Source of the DNA: an uncultured Polyangiaceae bacterium
GTDB taxonomy: Bacteria > Myxococcota_A > Polyangia > Polyangiales > Polyangiaceae
NCBI GenBank assembly: GCA_964641275.1
Contig: CAZXMG010000029.1
Coordinates: 13,289-45,288, forward strand
DNA length: 32,000 nucleotides
Reading direction: 5' to 3'
The notes beneath the pieces are model-generated. The model was not told the origin of the DNA and ran no database searches. It saw only the letters and a list, made by a program, of their open reading frames with translations. Made by a program: the position numbers and the translations under genes. Shown here piece by piece: positions 8,511-16,543 of the stretch. How positions within the stretch are numbered: the stretch's first letter is position 1; every line of letters starts with the position of its first letter.

Positions 8511-9487
8511 GGCGCGAGCGTGGCGCGCAGGCCATCGGCGAGCTGGGTTTCGGCGCGGAAGCCGAGCAGCTCGGCGGCGCGGCTCACCTCTGCGACCGAG
8601 CGCAAGATCTCCCCGGCGCGTGGTGCCTGGTGCCCGATGCGCGATGTGCCGCCAGAGAGCTCGACGATGGTCTTGGCCAGCTCGTTCACGGTGATCTCAC
8701 GGCCGGTGCCCACGTTCATCACCGCCCGGTCGGCGGCGTCGGACAGCGCCGCGGTCACGACCGCGCGGCTCACGTCCCCCACGTACACGAAATCGCGGGT
8801 CTGGCCGCCGTCGCCGAAGATGGTGATGTCCCGGCCGGCGCGCGCGCGGTCGGCGAAGATGGAGATCACGCCCGAGTACGGGCTGCTTGGATCTTGGCGC
8901 GGGCCGTACACGTTGAAGAAGCGCAGGGCCGTGGTCGGCACGCCATGAACTGCGGAGTAGTAGTGGAGCATGTGCTCCGAGGCGAGCTTGTCGATGCCGT
9001 ACGGCGAGACCGGGTGGCAGGTCGCCGACTCGCGCACCGGGAACGTATCGACGTCGCCGTACACAGCCGCGCTGGAGGCGAACACCACCTTCTTCACGCC
9101 GAACGCGCGCGCGTACTCCAGCACCTGTACCGTGCCCACGTAGTTGGTCTGCACGTCGACCAGCGGATTGTCGATCGACACGATCACCGATACTTGTGCA
9201 GCCAGGTGCACGATGCGCTCGACCGGCCCGTGCACCTTGGTGATCGGCGCGAGCGCGGCGAACAGTCCGTGGCTGACGTCCGTCGCGCAGATCTCGAGCG
9301 CCGGCTCGCTGCCGTCGAAGCCATGACGCGCGCGGTCTGCCCAGCGCGCCAGGTTCTGGCGCTTGCCGGTGGAGAAGTTGTCGAGCACCACCACGCGGCA
9401 GCCTTGCTCGATCAGTCGATCCACGGTGTGCGATCCAATGAAGCCGGCTCCGCCGGTCACCACCACGAGAGGGCGCTTGTTGCTCAC
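8507..9487 (-). CDS. NAD-dependent epimerase/dehydratase (extended SDR, GalE/UDP-sugar epimerase-like)
   Basis: VVVTGGAGFIGSH Rossmann motif, SSAAVYG, catalytic YGIDK (YxxxK). Its TGA (8509..8507) overlaps the GH3 ATG (8510..8508) as ATGA. Confidence 0.9.
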   Translation of the reverse strand: MSNKRPLVVVTGGAGFIGSHTVDRLIEQGCRVVVLDNFSTGKRQNLARWADRARHGFDGSEPALEICATDVSHGLFAALAPITKVHGPVERIVHLAAQVSVIVSIDNPLVDVQTNYVGTVQVLEYARAFGVKKVVFASSAAVYGDVDTFPVRESATCHPVSPYGIDKLASEHMLHYYSAVHGVPTTALRFFNVYGPRQDPSSPYSGVISIFADRARAGRDITIFGDGGQTRDFVYVGDVSRAVVTAALSDAADRAVMNVGTGREITVNELAKTIVELSGGTSRIGHQAPRAGEILRSVAEVSRAAELLGFRAETQLADGLRATLAP

Positions 9488-9512
9488 GCGGCCCGTTCTA
9501 CCACGCCTCTGC

Positions 9513-10019
9513 TCAGCCGCGGCTGCGACGGCGGGGCGCCTCGGCCTCGCCGGTGAAGGCCGGGTCGGCCTGGATGCGGCGCAGGTCTTTGGCGAGCTGC
9601 TTGGCGTAGTCGATCCAAAAGGCGCGGCCCGGGTCCTTGGACGGATCGGGCGGGCTGACGGCGAGCAGCGCGCGCAGCACCTCGGGGCGGGCTGTGCTCG
9701 CGAGCAGCGCGATCGCCTCGGTGCGAGTTGGGAAGCGATCCACGAACCCGGAGGCTGGCTCCTCGGGATCGGCTTGATACACCGGGTACACGTCGCTCAA
9801 GCGCTCGCGCGGCCCAGTGCCTTGCACCAACCACTCGACCGTCACCCCCAACGCGGACGCGAGCCGCTTGGCCGTGTCGTGGGGCAGGCGCGCGCCGCGG
9901 TCCTTGCTGCGCAGGGAGTTGATGTACTGCGAGGTGAAGCCGGTGCGCCGGGCGAGCTCGCTGCCGCTCACGCCGCGCGCCTCCATCGCCTCGACCAATC
10001 GGCCCTGCCACTCGCTCAC
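9513..10019 (-). CDS. XRE-family helix-turn-helix transcriptional regulator with an uncharacterised C-terminal domain
   Basis: HTH segment LVEAMEARGVSGSELARRTGFTSQYINSLRSKDRG...AKRLASALGVTVEWL. The track start (10085) adds 22 codons with low GC3 (tca act gat tca gat gaa act ttg gtt), atypical for this genome. I therefore prefer GTG 10019; GTG 10052 and ATG 10085 remain possible. Confidence 0.75.
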   Translation of the reverse strand: MSEWQGRLVEAMEARGVSGSELARRTGFTSQYINSLRSKDRGARLPHDTAKRLASALGVTVEWLVQGTGPRERLSDVYPVYQADPEEPASGFVDRFPTRTEAIALLASTARPEVLRALLAVSPPDPSKDPGRAFWIDYAKQLAKDLRRIQADPAFTGEAEAPRRRSRG

Positions 10020-10060
10020 TCGATGACTGTACTCCGCTCGGCCAGACACGCGAGGAACCA

Positions 10061-10107
10061 AAGTTTCATCTGAATCAGTTGACAACTATAGTTTCAGCCC
10101 TCAGGCT
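10061..10107. promoter_or_regulatory. AT-rich divergent promoter/operator region between the XRE regulator and the PP2C phosphatase
   Basis: The most AT-rich patch I noticed while reading the window. It contains TTGACA (10079..10084) and a perfect 10-bp palindrome AACTATAGTT (10084..10093) that reads TATAGT (-10-like) on both strands. There is no consensus partner hexamer at canonical spacing. Confidence 0.35.
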
Positions 10108-10113
10108 GACAGC

Positions 10114-11043
10114 ATGGAAGCCGAACCCCCGTCCTCCCGCCCCACCCCCACCTCGAGAGCTCCATCCAAACCTCCGGGCTCGACCTGGCTCTCGATCGCC
10201 GCCCGGTCCGAGACCGGGCACGTGCGCTCCCATAACGAAGACGTGGCCTTCGTCGCCACCCCGGAGCGCGGTTGCCAGCTGCTCGGCGTGTGCGATGGGA
10301 TGGGCGGCGCCAACGCCGGCGAGGTGGCGAGCGCCTTGGCCGCGCGCGTGATCCAGTCCGAGCTCTCCCTGCGCGCAGGGGTTCCCTGGGAGCTCGCGCT
10401 CGAGGAGGCGCTGCGCGCAGCCTCGCTGACCATTCATGGTCGAGCCGAGCAGGAGCCGCGACTCAAAGGGATGGGGACGACGGCTACCGTGGCCTGTGTC
10501 ACCCAGGAGCGGCTGCTGGTGGCCCAGGTGGGAGACAGCCGCGCCTACCTCCTGCGCCAGGGCCGCCTGCGGCAGCTCACGCGCGATCAGACGCTGGTCC
10601 AGCACCTGGTCGATCGCGGCCAGCTCAGTGCGGAGCAGGCCAAGAGCTCGAACCTGAGCAACGTGATCTTGCAGGCGCTGGGCACCAACCCCGAGGTCGA
10701 CGTCGTGCTCACGGAGGACGAGGTACAGCCGGGGGACACGCTGTGCCTGTGCTCGGACGGGCTCTCCGGGGTGCTCGAAGATGCCACCATCGAGGCGGTC
10801 CTGCTCGCGACGGAGAGCGCAGAACAGGCCTGTCAGGAGCTCGTCGAACGCGCCCTCGACGCAGGCTCGACCGACAACGTCACGTGCGTGGTCGCGCGGG
10901 CAATCGGCCCTGGCCCGCGCCCGCCCCGCCAACCTTCGCCCAGCCTGCCGCCCGACCCCGAGCCGAGCGGCTCCGATGCGGCCGCGAGAGGCGCGCTCGA
11001 CGCTTCGCTCTGGTCGGCCTTGCGCGTGTGGTGGGCCCGCTGA
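10114..11043 (+). CDS. PP2C-family Ser/Thr protein phosphatase (Stp-like) with a Pro-rich C-terminal tail
   Basis: SETGHVRSHNEDV, GVCDGMGGANAGEVAS, GMGTTATVA, VGDSRAYL, LCSDGLSG and STDNVTCVV cover the PP2C motifs in order. Confidence 0.9.
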   Translation: MEAEPPSSRPTPTSRAPSKPPGSTWLSIAARSETGHVRSHNEDVAFVATPERGCQLLGVCDGMGGANAGEVASALAARVIQSELSLRAGVPWELALEEALRAASLTIHGRAEQEPRLKGMGTTATVACVTQERLLVAQVGDSRAYLLRQGRLRQLTRDQTLVQHLVDRGQLSAEQAKSSNLSNVILQALGTNPEVDVVLTEDEVQPGDTLCLCSDGLSGVLEDATIEAVLLATESAEQACQELVERALDAGSTDNVTCVVARAIGPGPRPPRQPSPSLPPDPEPSGSDAAARGALDASLWSALRVWWAR

Positions 11044-11047
11044 AAAA

Positions 11048-11073
11048 TCGCATCCAGCCGGCAACGGATGCGA
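11048..11073. other. 8-bp stem hairpin just after the PP2C stop codon
   Basis: tcgcatcc (11048..11055) pairs with ggatgcga (11066..11073), with a 10-nt loop. It is preceded by AAAAA on the plus strand, so the U-tract lies on the minus-strand side. Confidence 0.25.
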
Positions 11074-11088
11074 CCCTGGCGTGTCTGA

Positions 11089-11985
11089 GTGCCCATGCGC
11101 CCGTTCTTCACCGCTTTGGCCGCCGCCTTCAGCCTGTCTTGTGCCGCCGCCGAGCCGCCGAGTGGGCTGGTGATCCTGGACGTGGCGCTACCGCAAGACC
11201 CGCTGGTGTCGGTCGCCGCGTTGCCCCCCGATCCCAACAGCCCCGTGGAGAGCGCGCAGGCCTCGCTCGAGGACTGCATCGCCGAGCTGCGCACCGAGCC
11301 GTTCGCGGACGTCGTCAGCACGGCCGAGGACGCCTCGGCCTACAACCTGGCGGTGCGCCGAGAGCTCGCGAGCCAGGTGGACGCCGCGCGCCGGGGCTAT
11401 CTCGAGCTGATCCAGGCGCAGCCGAAGTCCCGCTTCGTGCCGCTCGCTTACTTGGCGTTTGGCGAGCTGTTCCGCGACGAGGCGGCCAGCGACAACGCCA
11501 AACGCCCCCTCGCCATGCAGGCCTACGACGAGGTGCTGAAGTTCCCGCCCGCGCAGAACCCCGCCTATGGCGTGGCGTTGTTGCGTAGAGGCGACGTCGC
11601 AGAGGACTCTGCGCAAGCGCTGGATGCGCTGCTCAAAGCGCTGAGCGCCCCCGAGCTCGGAGCGTGCGCGGCCGCCGTCAAACGCGCGGCCCAGGAGCGG
11701 CTCGTGCCCGTGTACGCCTCCGTCGGAGATCCCGTGCGGGCGTTCGACTTCTTCTCGCGTTTGGCGAAGAAGGACGATCGTGAGCTCGCGGCCGCCTGGA
11801 CGGTGCGGCTTGCGCGGCATTGGTTCCGCGAGCAGCGCACCAAGGAGGCTGCCCTGGCCCTCGAGGGGATGGTGCGCGGCGCTCGACAGAGCTCGGACGC
11901 GATGTGTGGCGATGGGCTCAAGGTCGCGCTCGATCTTCAGGCTGGCTCGGTGGTGCGCGAGATCACCCTGCGCTGCGCCAAGTAG
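11089..11985 (+). CDS. Hypothetical lipoprotein, helical-repeat (TPR-like) appearance
   Basis: MPMRPFFTALAAAFSLSC lipobox; the remainder is alpha-helical with Ala/Leu-rich repeats (YLAFGELF..., AYDEVLKF...). High GC3. No specific family recognised. Confidence 0.65.
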   Translation: MPMRPFFTALAAAFSLSCAAAEPPSGLVILDVALPQDPLVSVAALPPDPNSPVESAQASLEDCIAELRTEPFADVVSTAEDASAYNLAVRRELASQVDAARRGYLELIQAQPKSRFVPLAYLAFGELFRDEAASDNAKRPLAMQAYDEVLKFPPAQNPAYGVALLRRGDVAEDSAQALDALLKALSAPELGACAAAVKRAAQERLVPVYASVGDPVRAFDFFSRLAKKDDRELAAAWTVRLARHWFREQRTKEAALALEGMVRGARQSSDAMCGDGLKVALDLQAGSVVREITLRCAK

Positions 11986-12035
11986 CCTGCCGAACAGGTG
12001 ATCGCCCGGCGCGGCTGGTGTAGCGTGAAGCCCTC

Positions 12036-12347
12036 ATGCGGCGCGCTCGTTACGCCCTCGCCCTGTCGATCTTGGGTTGTCTCCCGGTCTTGGCGTTGGC
12101 CTGCGACCAGTCCGGGCCGGGCTGTGAAGAGCTCGACCTCGATGGCTGCTACGCCACGCCTGGCTGCCAGTACATCGAGGAGCGCGACGTGTGCGCGCCG
12201 CCGAACGGGACCGGCTGCTTCTACGATGAAGAGTTCGGCTGCCCGGAGGGCACCACGCCGGAGGTCGTCCCTGGCGGCGACGGTCGCGGCGGCTGCGATC
12301 AGGCCCTGCGCTGCCTCGAAGGCGTCGCAGGGGGCGCCGCGAACTGA
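12036..12347 (+). CDS. Small Cys-rich lipoprotein (103 aa)
   Basis: MRRARYALALSILGCLPVLALAC lipobox. The mature part has 8 Cys, mostly as G-C dipeptides at ~8-residue spacing (PGCEE, DGCYA, PGCQY, DVCAP, TGCFY, FGCPE, GGCDQ, LRCLE). High GC3. Confidence 0.6.
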   Translation: MRRARYALALSILGCLPVLALACDQSGPGCEELDLDGCYATPGCQYIEERDVCAPPNGTGCFYDEEFGCPEGTTPEVVPGGDGRGGCDQALRCLEGVAGGAAN

Positions 12348-12364
12348 TCCGCCGTCGACCTCGA

Positions 12365-13348
12365 TCAGGCGGACGCGTCCCAGCCGCTCTTCGCCACTGC
12401 CCAGCTCCAAAGTCGTGCGCGCTCCTCGAGCGTGTCGGAGCGTTGCGTCGACGCCAGGCGGTGGAGCGGCCTTGGGCGGCGGTCGAGCCAGAAACGGCCA
12501 CTGTCCTGCAAGGGCGCTCCCTCATCGACCGCCAGCCAGACCAGCGTGTCGGCGCCGTCCGCGGGCGTGCGCAACAAAGGCCCGACGACGCGCCGAAAGG
12601 TCGGCAGCGACCGGGCTACGCCCGGCGTGTCGGCCCAGCCGGGGTGCATGGCGTGCACGAAGATCCGATCCCCGGCCAGCTTCTGTGCCCACAGCTCGAC
12701 CAGCGTCACCTGGGCGCGCTTGGCTCGAGCGTAGGCCTTGGTGCCATCGTAGTCGTCCGCCGACATCTCCAGCCGGTCGACCGACAACGGCTCGCTGTAC
12801 ATCCCGCCGGACGAGACCCACAGCACGCGCGCAGGCGCGCCGGCCCTCAGCGCAGGCAGGAGCAAGCCCGTGAGCAAGAACGGGCCGACCACTTGGCTCG
12901 CGACCGTCAGCTCGAGTCCCTGCGGACTCGTCCGGCGCACGTCGTCGAGCGCGCCCGCGTTGTGGATCAGCACGTGGATCGCCCGGTGGCGCGCGGCGAG
13001 CTCCGAGGCCACGCGCCGCATGGCGGCCAGGTCTCCCGTGTCAGCGACGATGAAGCCGACCTTCGAGTGGCCTGTCTCCTGCCGCAGCGCGCTGCAGGTT
13101 GCCTCTGCCTTCCCCGCGTTGCGCGCGATGATCTCGACGGTCGCGCCCATGCGGGCGAAGGCCCGCGCGGCCTCGAGCCCGAGCCCCGAGGTCGCACCGG
13201 ACATCACGACCACCCGGCCATCGAGCCTTCGTTCTTGGAGCGGTGCCCAGTGGTCCAGACGCCGTCGAAGCGCCGAGCCGACGCGCGTGAAACTTCCCAC
13301 GACGCTCCACTCGAGCGCGGCATCCACGCTGTCGGCGGCGAAGCCCAT
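12365..13348 (-). CDS. Classical short-chain dehydrogenase/reductase (DHRS12/retinol-dehydrogenase-like)
   Basis: VVMSGATSGLGLEAA (TGxxxGxG) and LIHNAGA (NNAG-like). Start taken at ATG 13348, preceded by gaggcgagga. The track start 13432 adds an Arg-rich extension. Confidence 0.85.
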   Translation of the reverse strand: MGFAADSVDAALEWSVVGSFTRVGSALRRRLDHWAPLQERRLDGRVVVMSGATSGLGLEAARAFARMGATVEIIARNAGKAEATCSALRQETGHSKVGFIVADTGDLAAMRRVASELAARHRAIHVLIHNAGALDDVRRTSPQGLELTVASQVVGPFLLTGLLLPALRAGAPARVLWVSSGGMYSEPLSVDRLEMSADDYDGTKAYARAKRAQVTLVELWAQKLAGDRIFVHAMHPGWADTPGVARSLPTFRRVVGPLLRTPADGADTLVWLAVDEGAPLQDSGRFWLDRRPRPLHRLASTQRSDTLEERARLWSWAVAKSGWDASA

Positions 13349-13489
13349 CAGGTCCTCGCCTCGGTCTCGTGCTCGTTCCGGAGGTCGTGCGCCATGAGCG
13401 TTACTTCCTAGCGCTTCGCACCTGGCCAGCAAGGGCTCGCGACTCGAAGCGCAGCCCGACGTGCTCCGGGGCCTCGCTTGCGCTGCGCG

Positions 13490-13981
13490 CTACGCTCGGC
13501 GAGCGCGATGGGCGGCCAGCCGGTCCAGCATGGTCTCGAGCGCAGCCTGCGGTGGTGCCGGCAGAGCACGCAAGGAGAGCGTCTCGCGCGCGTGGGCCGC
13601 GGCGCTCTGATGGGTCTCCACCAGCTTCAGCGGGAAGGGGAGGCGCATGGCGCTGACGATTCCCTGGGCTGCGGCGCGCACCAGCTTGCCCTTCAATCCG
13701 GAGACCGGCAGCAACGCCGCGCCGGCCACCACGGTCGGGCCGATGCGCAACACGAGCGCGTCGAGCGCGCGGCGCGCCTCGACGCTGGGGGGCTGCCCCA
13801 GAGGCAGCACCACCAAGCAGAGCTCGCCGCGGTGCTGCTCGTGAAACGGCGCCACCTCGTCCTCCAGCTCCTTGACGGTGCTGCCGCGTGGAGCGCCGAA
13901 CCAGCCCAAGGCCACCACGCGCCCGAGCGCTCGCGCCCGCAGCTCCGTGTGATCGAACAACACTTGCTCGAGGTCGCTCAC
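13490..13981 (-). CDS. Hypothetical protein (163 aa); possibly a STAS/SpoIIAA-like fold, not verifiable here
   Basis: C-terminal part of track ORF 13490..14509. GTG 13981..13979 overlaps the upstream gene's TGA (13980..13978) as GTGA. Sequence VSDLEQVLFDHTELRARALGRVVALGWFG...CLVVLPLGQPPSVEARRALDALV looks like a real globular protein. The part of the ORF upstream of the GTG is Arg/Gly junk. Confidence 0.55.
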   Translation of the reverse strand: MSDLEQVLFDHTELRARALGRVVALGWFGAPRGSTVKELEDEVAPFHEQHRGELCLVVLPLGQPPSVEARRALDALVLRIGPTVVAGAALLPVSGLKGKLVRAAAQGIVSAMRLPFPLKLVETHQSAAAHARETLSLRALPAPPQAALETMLDRLAAHRARRA

Positions 13982-14526
13982 GCGTCGAAAGGTCCGTCGT
14001 CTTCGTCCGGCTCGGCGTCGAGCTCGGGCAAGATGCCCTCGGCGATGGCCCGCTCGTAGGCCTCGGGCGTGGTGACTGCGAGGTGTGCGCAGCCATCCGA
14101 GACGGGCAGCCCGAACAGGCGCAGCTTCGAGCCGGTGTCCTCCAAGATGCCCTCGATGAACTCGAGCACGCAGCTCTGCGCGAAATCTCCGTCTTGATCG
14201 AACACACAGGTGTACGCGCGATCTCCGAGCGCGAGCTTGATGGTGAGCTCGCCTTCGTCCTCGGCGCTCTCGGTCACCTCGATCACGTCGGGCTTGAAGG
14301 CGAAGGGGATCTGCTCGCTGACCTCGGCGATGAACGAGCGATAGCTCTCGGGGTCGGTCACGCCCTCGGGGTCGACGACGACGCGAGCCACCACCTTGGC
14401 GACCACCTCGGGATCGCTGAGCTCGTGGCCGCTCGAGGACTCGAGGATGCGCGTTCGCTCCTCCCGGGGTAGCTCGTTGAACCAGCCGACGGCGTCGAGG
14501 CGCGCGCAAAGCTCAGTCGGGGTCAT
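13978..14526 (-). CDS. Hypothetical acidic protein (182 aa)
   Basis: MTPTELCARLDAVGWFNELPREERTRILESS...: balanced composition, strongly acidic C-terminus (ELDAEPDEDDGPFDA), high GC3. Lies 57 bp downstream of the isocitrate dehydrogenase gene on the same strand. Confidence 0.65.
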   Translation of the reverse strand: MTPTELCARLDAVGWFNELPREERTRILESSSGHELSDPEVVAKVVARVVVDPEGVTDPESYRSFIAEVSEQIPFAFKPDVIEVTESAEDEGELTIKLALGDRAYTCVFDQDGDFAQSCVLEFIEGILEDTGSKLRLFGLPVSDGCAHLAVTTPEAYERAIAEGILPELDAEPDEDDGPFDA

Positions 14527-14583
14527 AAAAGGAAGGTCTCACGTGGTTCGGGGATCGTAGCAGGCCTCGCGGCGCCGGCAGCC

Positions 14584-15612
14584 TCAGCCTGCCAGGCGAT
14601 CGATCACCGCGTCGGTGAAGGCGTCCGTGCCGAGCTCTCCCCCCAAGTCGCGCGTCTTCTGGCCGTCGAGGATCGCGCGCTCGTAGGCCGAGCGGATCTG
14701 GCTGGCCTTCTTCGCGAGCGACGGGTTGTCCTCCTCCTCGGCCAGGTGGTCGAGCATCATCACGCTGCTCATGAGCAGCGCCAGCGGGTTGGCGATGCCC
14801 TTGCCGACGATGTCCGGCGCCGAGCCGTGCACGGCCTCGAACACCGCGCCGTGGTCGCCGATGTTGGCGCCAGGCACCACCCCCAGTCCGCCCACCAGCC
14901 CTGCGCACAAATCGCTCATCACGTCGCCGTACAGGTTCTCCAGCAGCAGGATGTCGAAGCGCGACGGGTCTTGCACGATGCGCATGCAGCCCGCGTCGAT
15001 GATCAGCTCGTCGTACTCGATGTTCGGGTACTCCTTGGTGTGCACGTTGCGCGCGCAGCGGATGAACAAGCCATCCGTCAGCTTCATGATGTTGGCCTTG
15101 TGCATGGCCGTGATCTTCTTGCGGCGACGGCGGGTCGCGAAGCGGAAGGCCCAGTGCGCGATGCGCGTGCAGGCCATCTCGCTTGCGACCTTCATGCTCA
15201 TCACCACGCCGGGCAGCACCTCGTTCTCCACGCCGCTGTAGAGCCCCTCGGTGTTCTCGCGCACGATGATGATGTCCACGTTCTCGTAGCGCGTGGGCAC
15301 CCCTGGCAAGCTCTTCACGGGCCGGACCGCCGCGTACAGGTGCAGCCGCTTGCGCAAGGTCACGTTGACGGAGCGAAAGCCTTCGCCCACCGGCGTCGAG
15401 CACGGGCCCTTGAGCGCGATCTTGAAGTGCTCGATCGCCTCCAACGTCTCCTCCGGCATCGGATCGCGGCCCTTGGTCAGCGCGGCCACTCCCGCTACGT
15501 GCTCGTGCCACTGCACGTCGACCTGGGCCTTGTCGAACACCTTGCGCACGCTGTCAGCGATGCTCGGCCCGATGCCGTCGCCAGGGATCAACACCACGTG
15601 TTTGGTGGGCAT
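14584..15612 (-). CDS. Isocitrate/isopropylmalate dehydrogenase family enzyme, NAD-dependent isocitrate dehydrogenase type (342 aa)
   Basis: VLIPGDGIGPSI, RSVNVTLRKRLHLYAAVRP, IVRENTEGLYSG, NLYGDVMSDLCAGLVGGLG and FEAVHGSAPDI are the family motifs. The short length and sequence resemble IDH3/NAD-IDH rather than the ~416-aa NADP Icd. Confidence 0.88.
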   Translation of the reverse strand: MPTKHVVLIPGDGIGPSIADSVRKVFDKAQVDVQWHEHVAGVAALTKGRDPMPEETLEAIEHFKIALKGPCSTPVGEGFRSVNVTLRKRLHLYAAVRPVKSLPGVPTRYENVDIIIVRENTEGLYSGVENEVLPGVVMSMKVASEMACTRIAHWAFRFATRRRRKKITAMHKANIMKLTDGLFIRCARNVHTKEYPNIEYDELIIDAGCMRIVQDPSRFDILLLENLYGDVMSDLCAGLVGGLGVVPGANIGDHGAVFEAVHGSAPDIVGKGIANPLALLMSSVMMLDHLAEEEDNPSLAKKASQIRSAYERAILDGQKTRDLGGELGTDAFTDAVIDRLAG

Positions 15613-15672
15613 GGCGCGCTACGTTAGCACGGGAGAATCTTGCTTGTTGATTCAGCTGGCAAGCCCTGCGAA

Positions 15673-16275
15673 ATGCAACAGGTGGGCAAGCGAGACATCG
15701 TCTGTGCCGGTCACCCCGTGCTTCGCCAGCGCGCACAGGAGGTGGACCCTTCCGAGATCGGCGAGAAGCCTCTGCGCGACCTGGTCCGCACCATGATCGA
15801 GGCCATGCGTCGCGCGCCAGGGGTCGGTCTTGCGGCGCCGCAGATCGGCGTCGCCAAGCGCGTGATCGTGCTCGAGGACGCCGAGCGTCTGATGGCCAGC
15901 TTGAGCGCAGAGCAGCGGCAGCTCCGGGGGCGCGCCCCGTTCCCGCTCAAGGTGATCCTCAACCCCGTGCTCTCGTTCGACCAGCCCGAGCAAGAGGCCG
16001 TGTTCTTCGAAGGCTGCTTGAGCGTGCCGGGTTGGTCGGCGTTGGTGCCGCGCAAGCTCTCGGTGACGGTGCGTGGCCTCGACGAGAAGGGCGATTCGAT
16101 CGAGTGGAGCGTGAGCGGCTGGCCCGCGCGCATCTTGCAGCACGAGGTCGACCACATCGAGGGCACGCTGTACGTCGACCGCATGTGGCCCAGGAGCTTC
16201 GGCCTGAACGAAGAGGTGGCGCAGCATCTCGGCAAGCTGAGCGTCGCCCAGGTGCGCGAGCTGCTCGATGTCTGA
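15673..16275 (+). CDS. def: Peptide deformylase
   Basis: All three PDF motifs are present: GVGLAAPQIG, EGCLSVPG, QHEVDHIEG. ATG 15673 preferred over the TTG at 15640 used in the track. Confidence 0.9.
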   Translation: MQQVGKRDIVCAGHPVLRQRAQEVDPSEIGEKPLRDLVRTMIEAMRRAPGVGLAAPQIGVAKRVIVLEDAERLMASLSAEQRQLRGRAPFPLKVILNPVLSFDQPEQEAVFFEGCLSVPGWSALVPRKLSVTVRGLDEKGDSIEWSVSGWPARILQHEVDHIEGTLYVDRMWPRSFGLNEEVAQHLGKLSVAQVRELLDV

Positions 16276-16543
16276 GGGGCAAGACGACGAGCCCGTCCCG
16301 GAGTCGGGCCCGCGCCTCGGGCGGGCCGTGCTCGATCACCTGCCAGACGTGCGCGACGGGCTCACGCGCCTCGAGCGCGTGATCTTGTGGCAGCTCGGCG
16401 TGGTCGAGCGCGAGCGCGGGGGCCGGATGGTGCCCACGGCGATGCTGTACGGTCGCGTGGTCGAGCATGTCGACGTGGACGTGCCCACGTTTCAACGCAC
16501 CTTGGCGCGCCTCACGGGGAAGGGGCCGCCGCCTTCCAGGTGA
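16268..16543 (+). CDS. Small protein (91 aa) with a GyrA/ParC N-terminal-like signature
   Basis: ATG 16268 overlaps the def stop (16273..16275) by 8 nt. High GC3. Residues 19-40, [22 protein letters not shown], resemble the GyrA N-terminus (E. coli [20 protein letters not shown], from memory). The 3' end overlaps the convergent gene by 32 nt. Confidence 0.55.
   Translation: [91 protein letters not shown]

Noticed and set aside
6348-8948. 866-aa plus-strand ORF
   Set aside because: It is antisense to the GH3 and epimerase genes, which carry unambiguous family motifs. The ORF itself has no recognisable domain.
10075-11064. 329-aa minus ORF and 438-aa plus ORF (10272..11588) over the PP2C gene
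   Set aside because: PP2C motifs identify the 10114..11043 frame as the real one. The others are Arg/Gly/Ala-rich artefacts.
12344-12373. Short inverted repeats (CTGATC/GATCAG, TCCGCC/GGCGGA) between convergent genes at 12347/12365
   Set aside because: The stems are only 6 bp and are mutually exclusive alternatives, which is too weak to call a terminator.
13451-13488. GCGCAGC...GCTGCGC inverted repeat after the 13490 gene stop as a terminator
   Set aside because: The stem is only 7 bp, the loop is about 24 nt and there is no U-tract. Such pairs arise by chance in GC-rich DNA.
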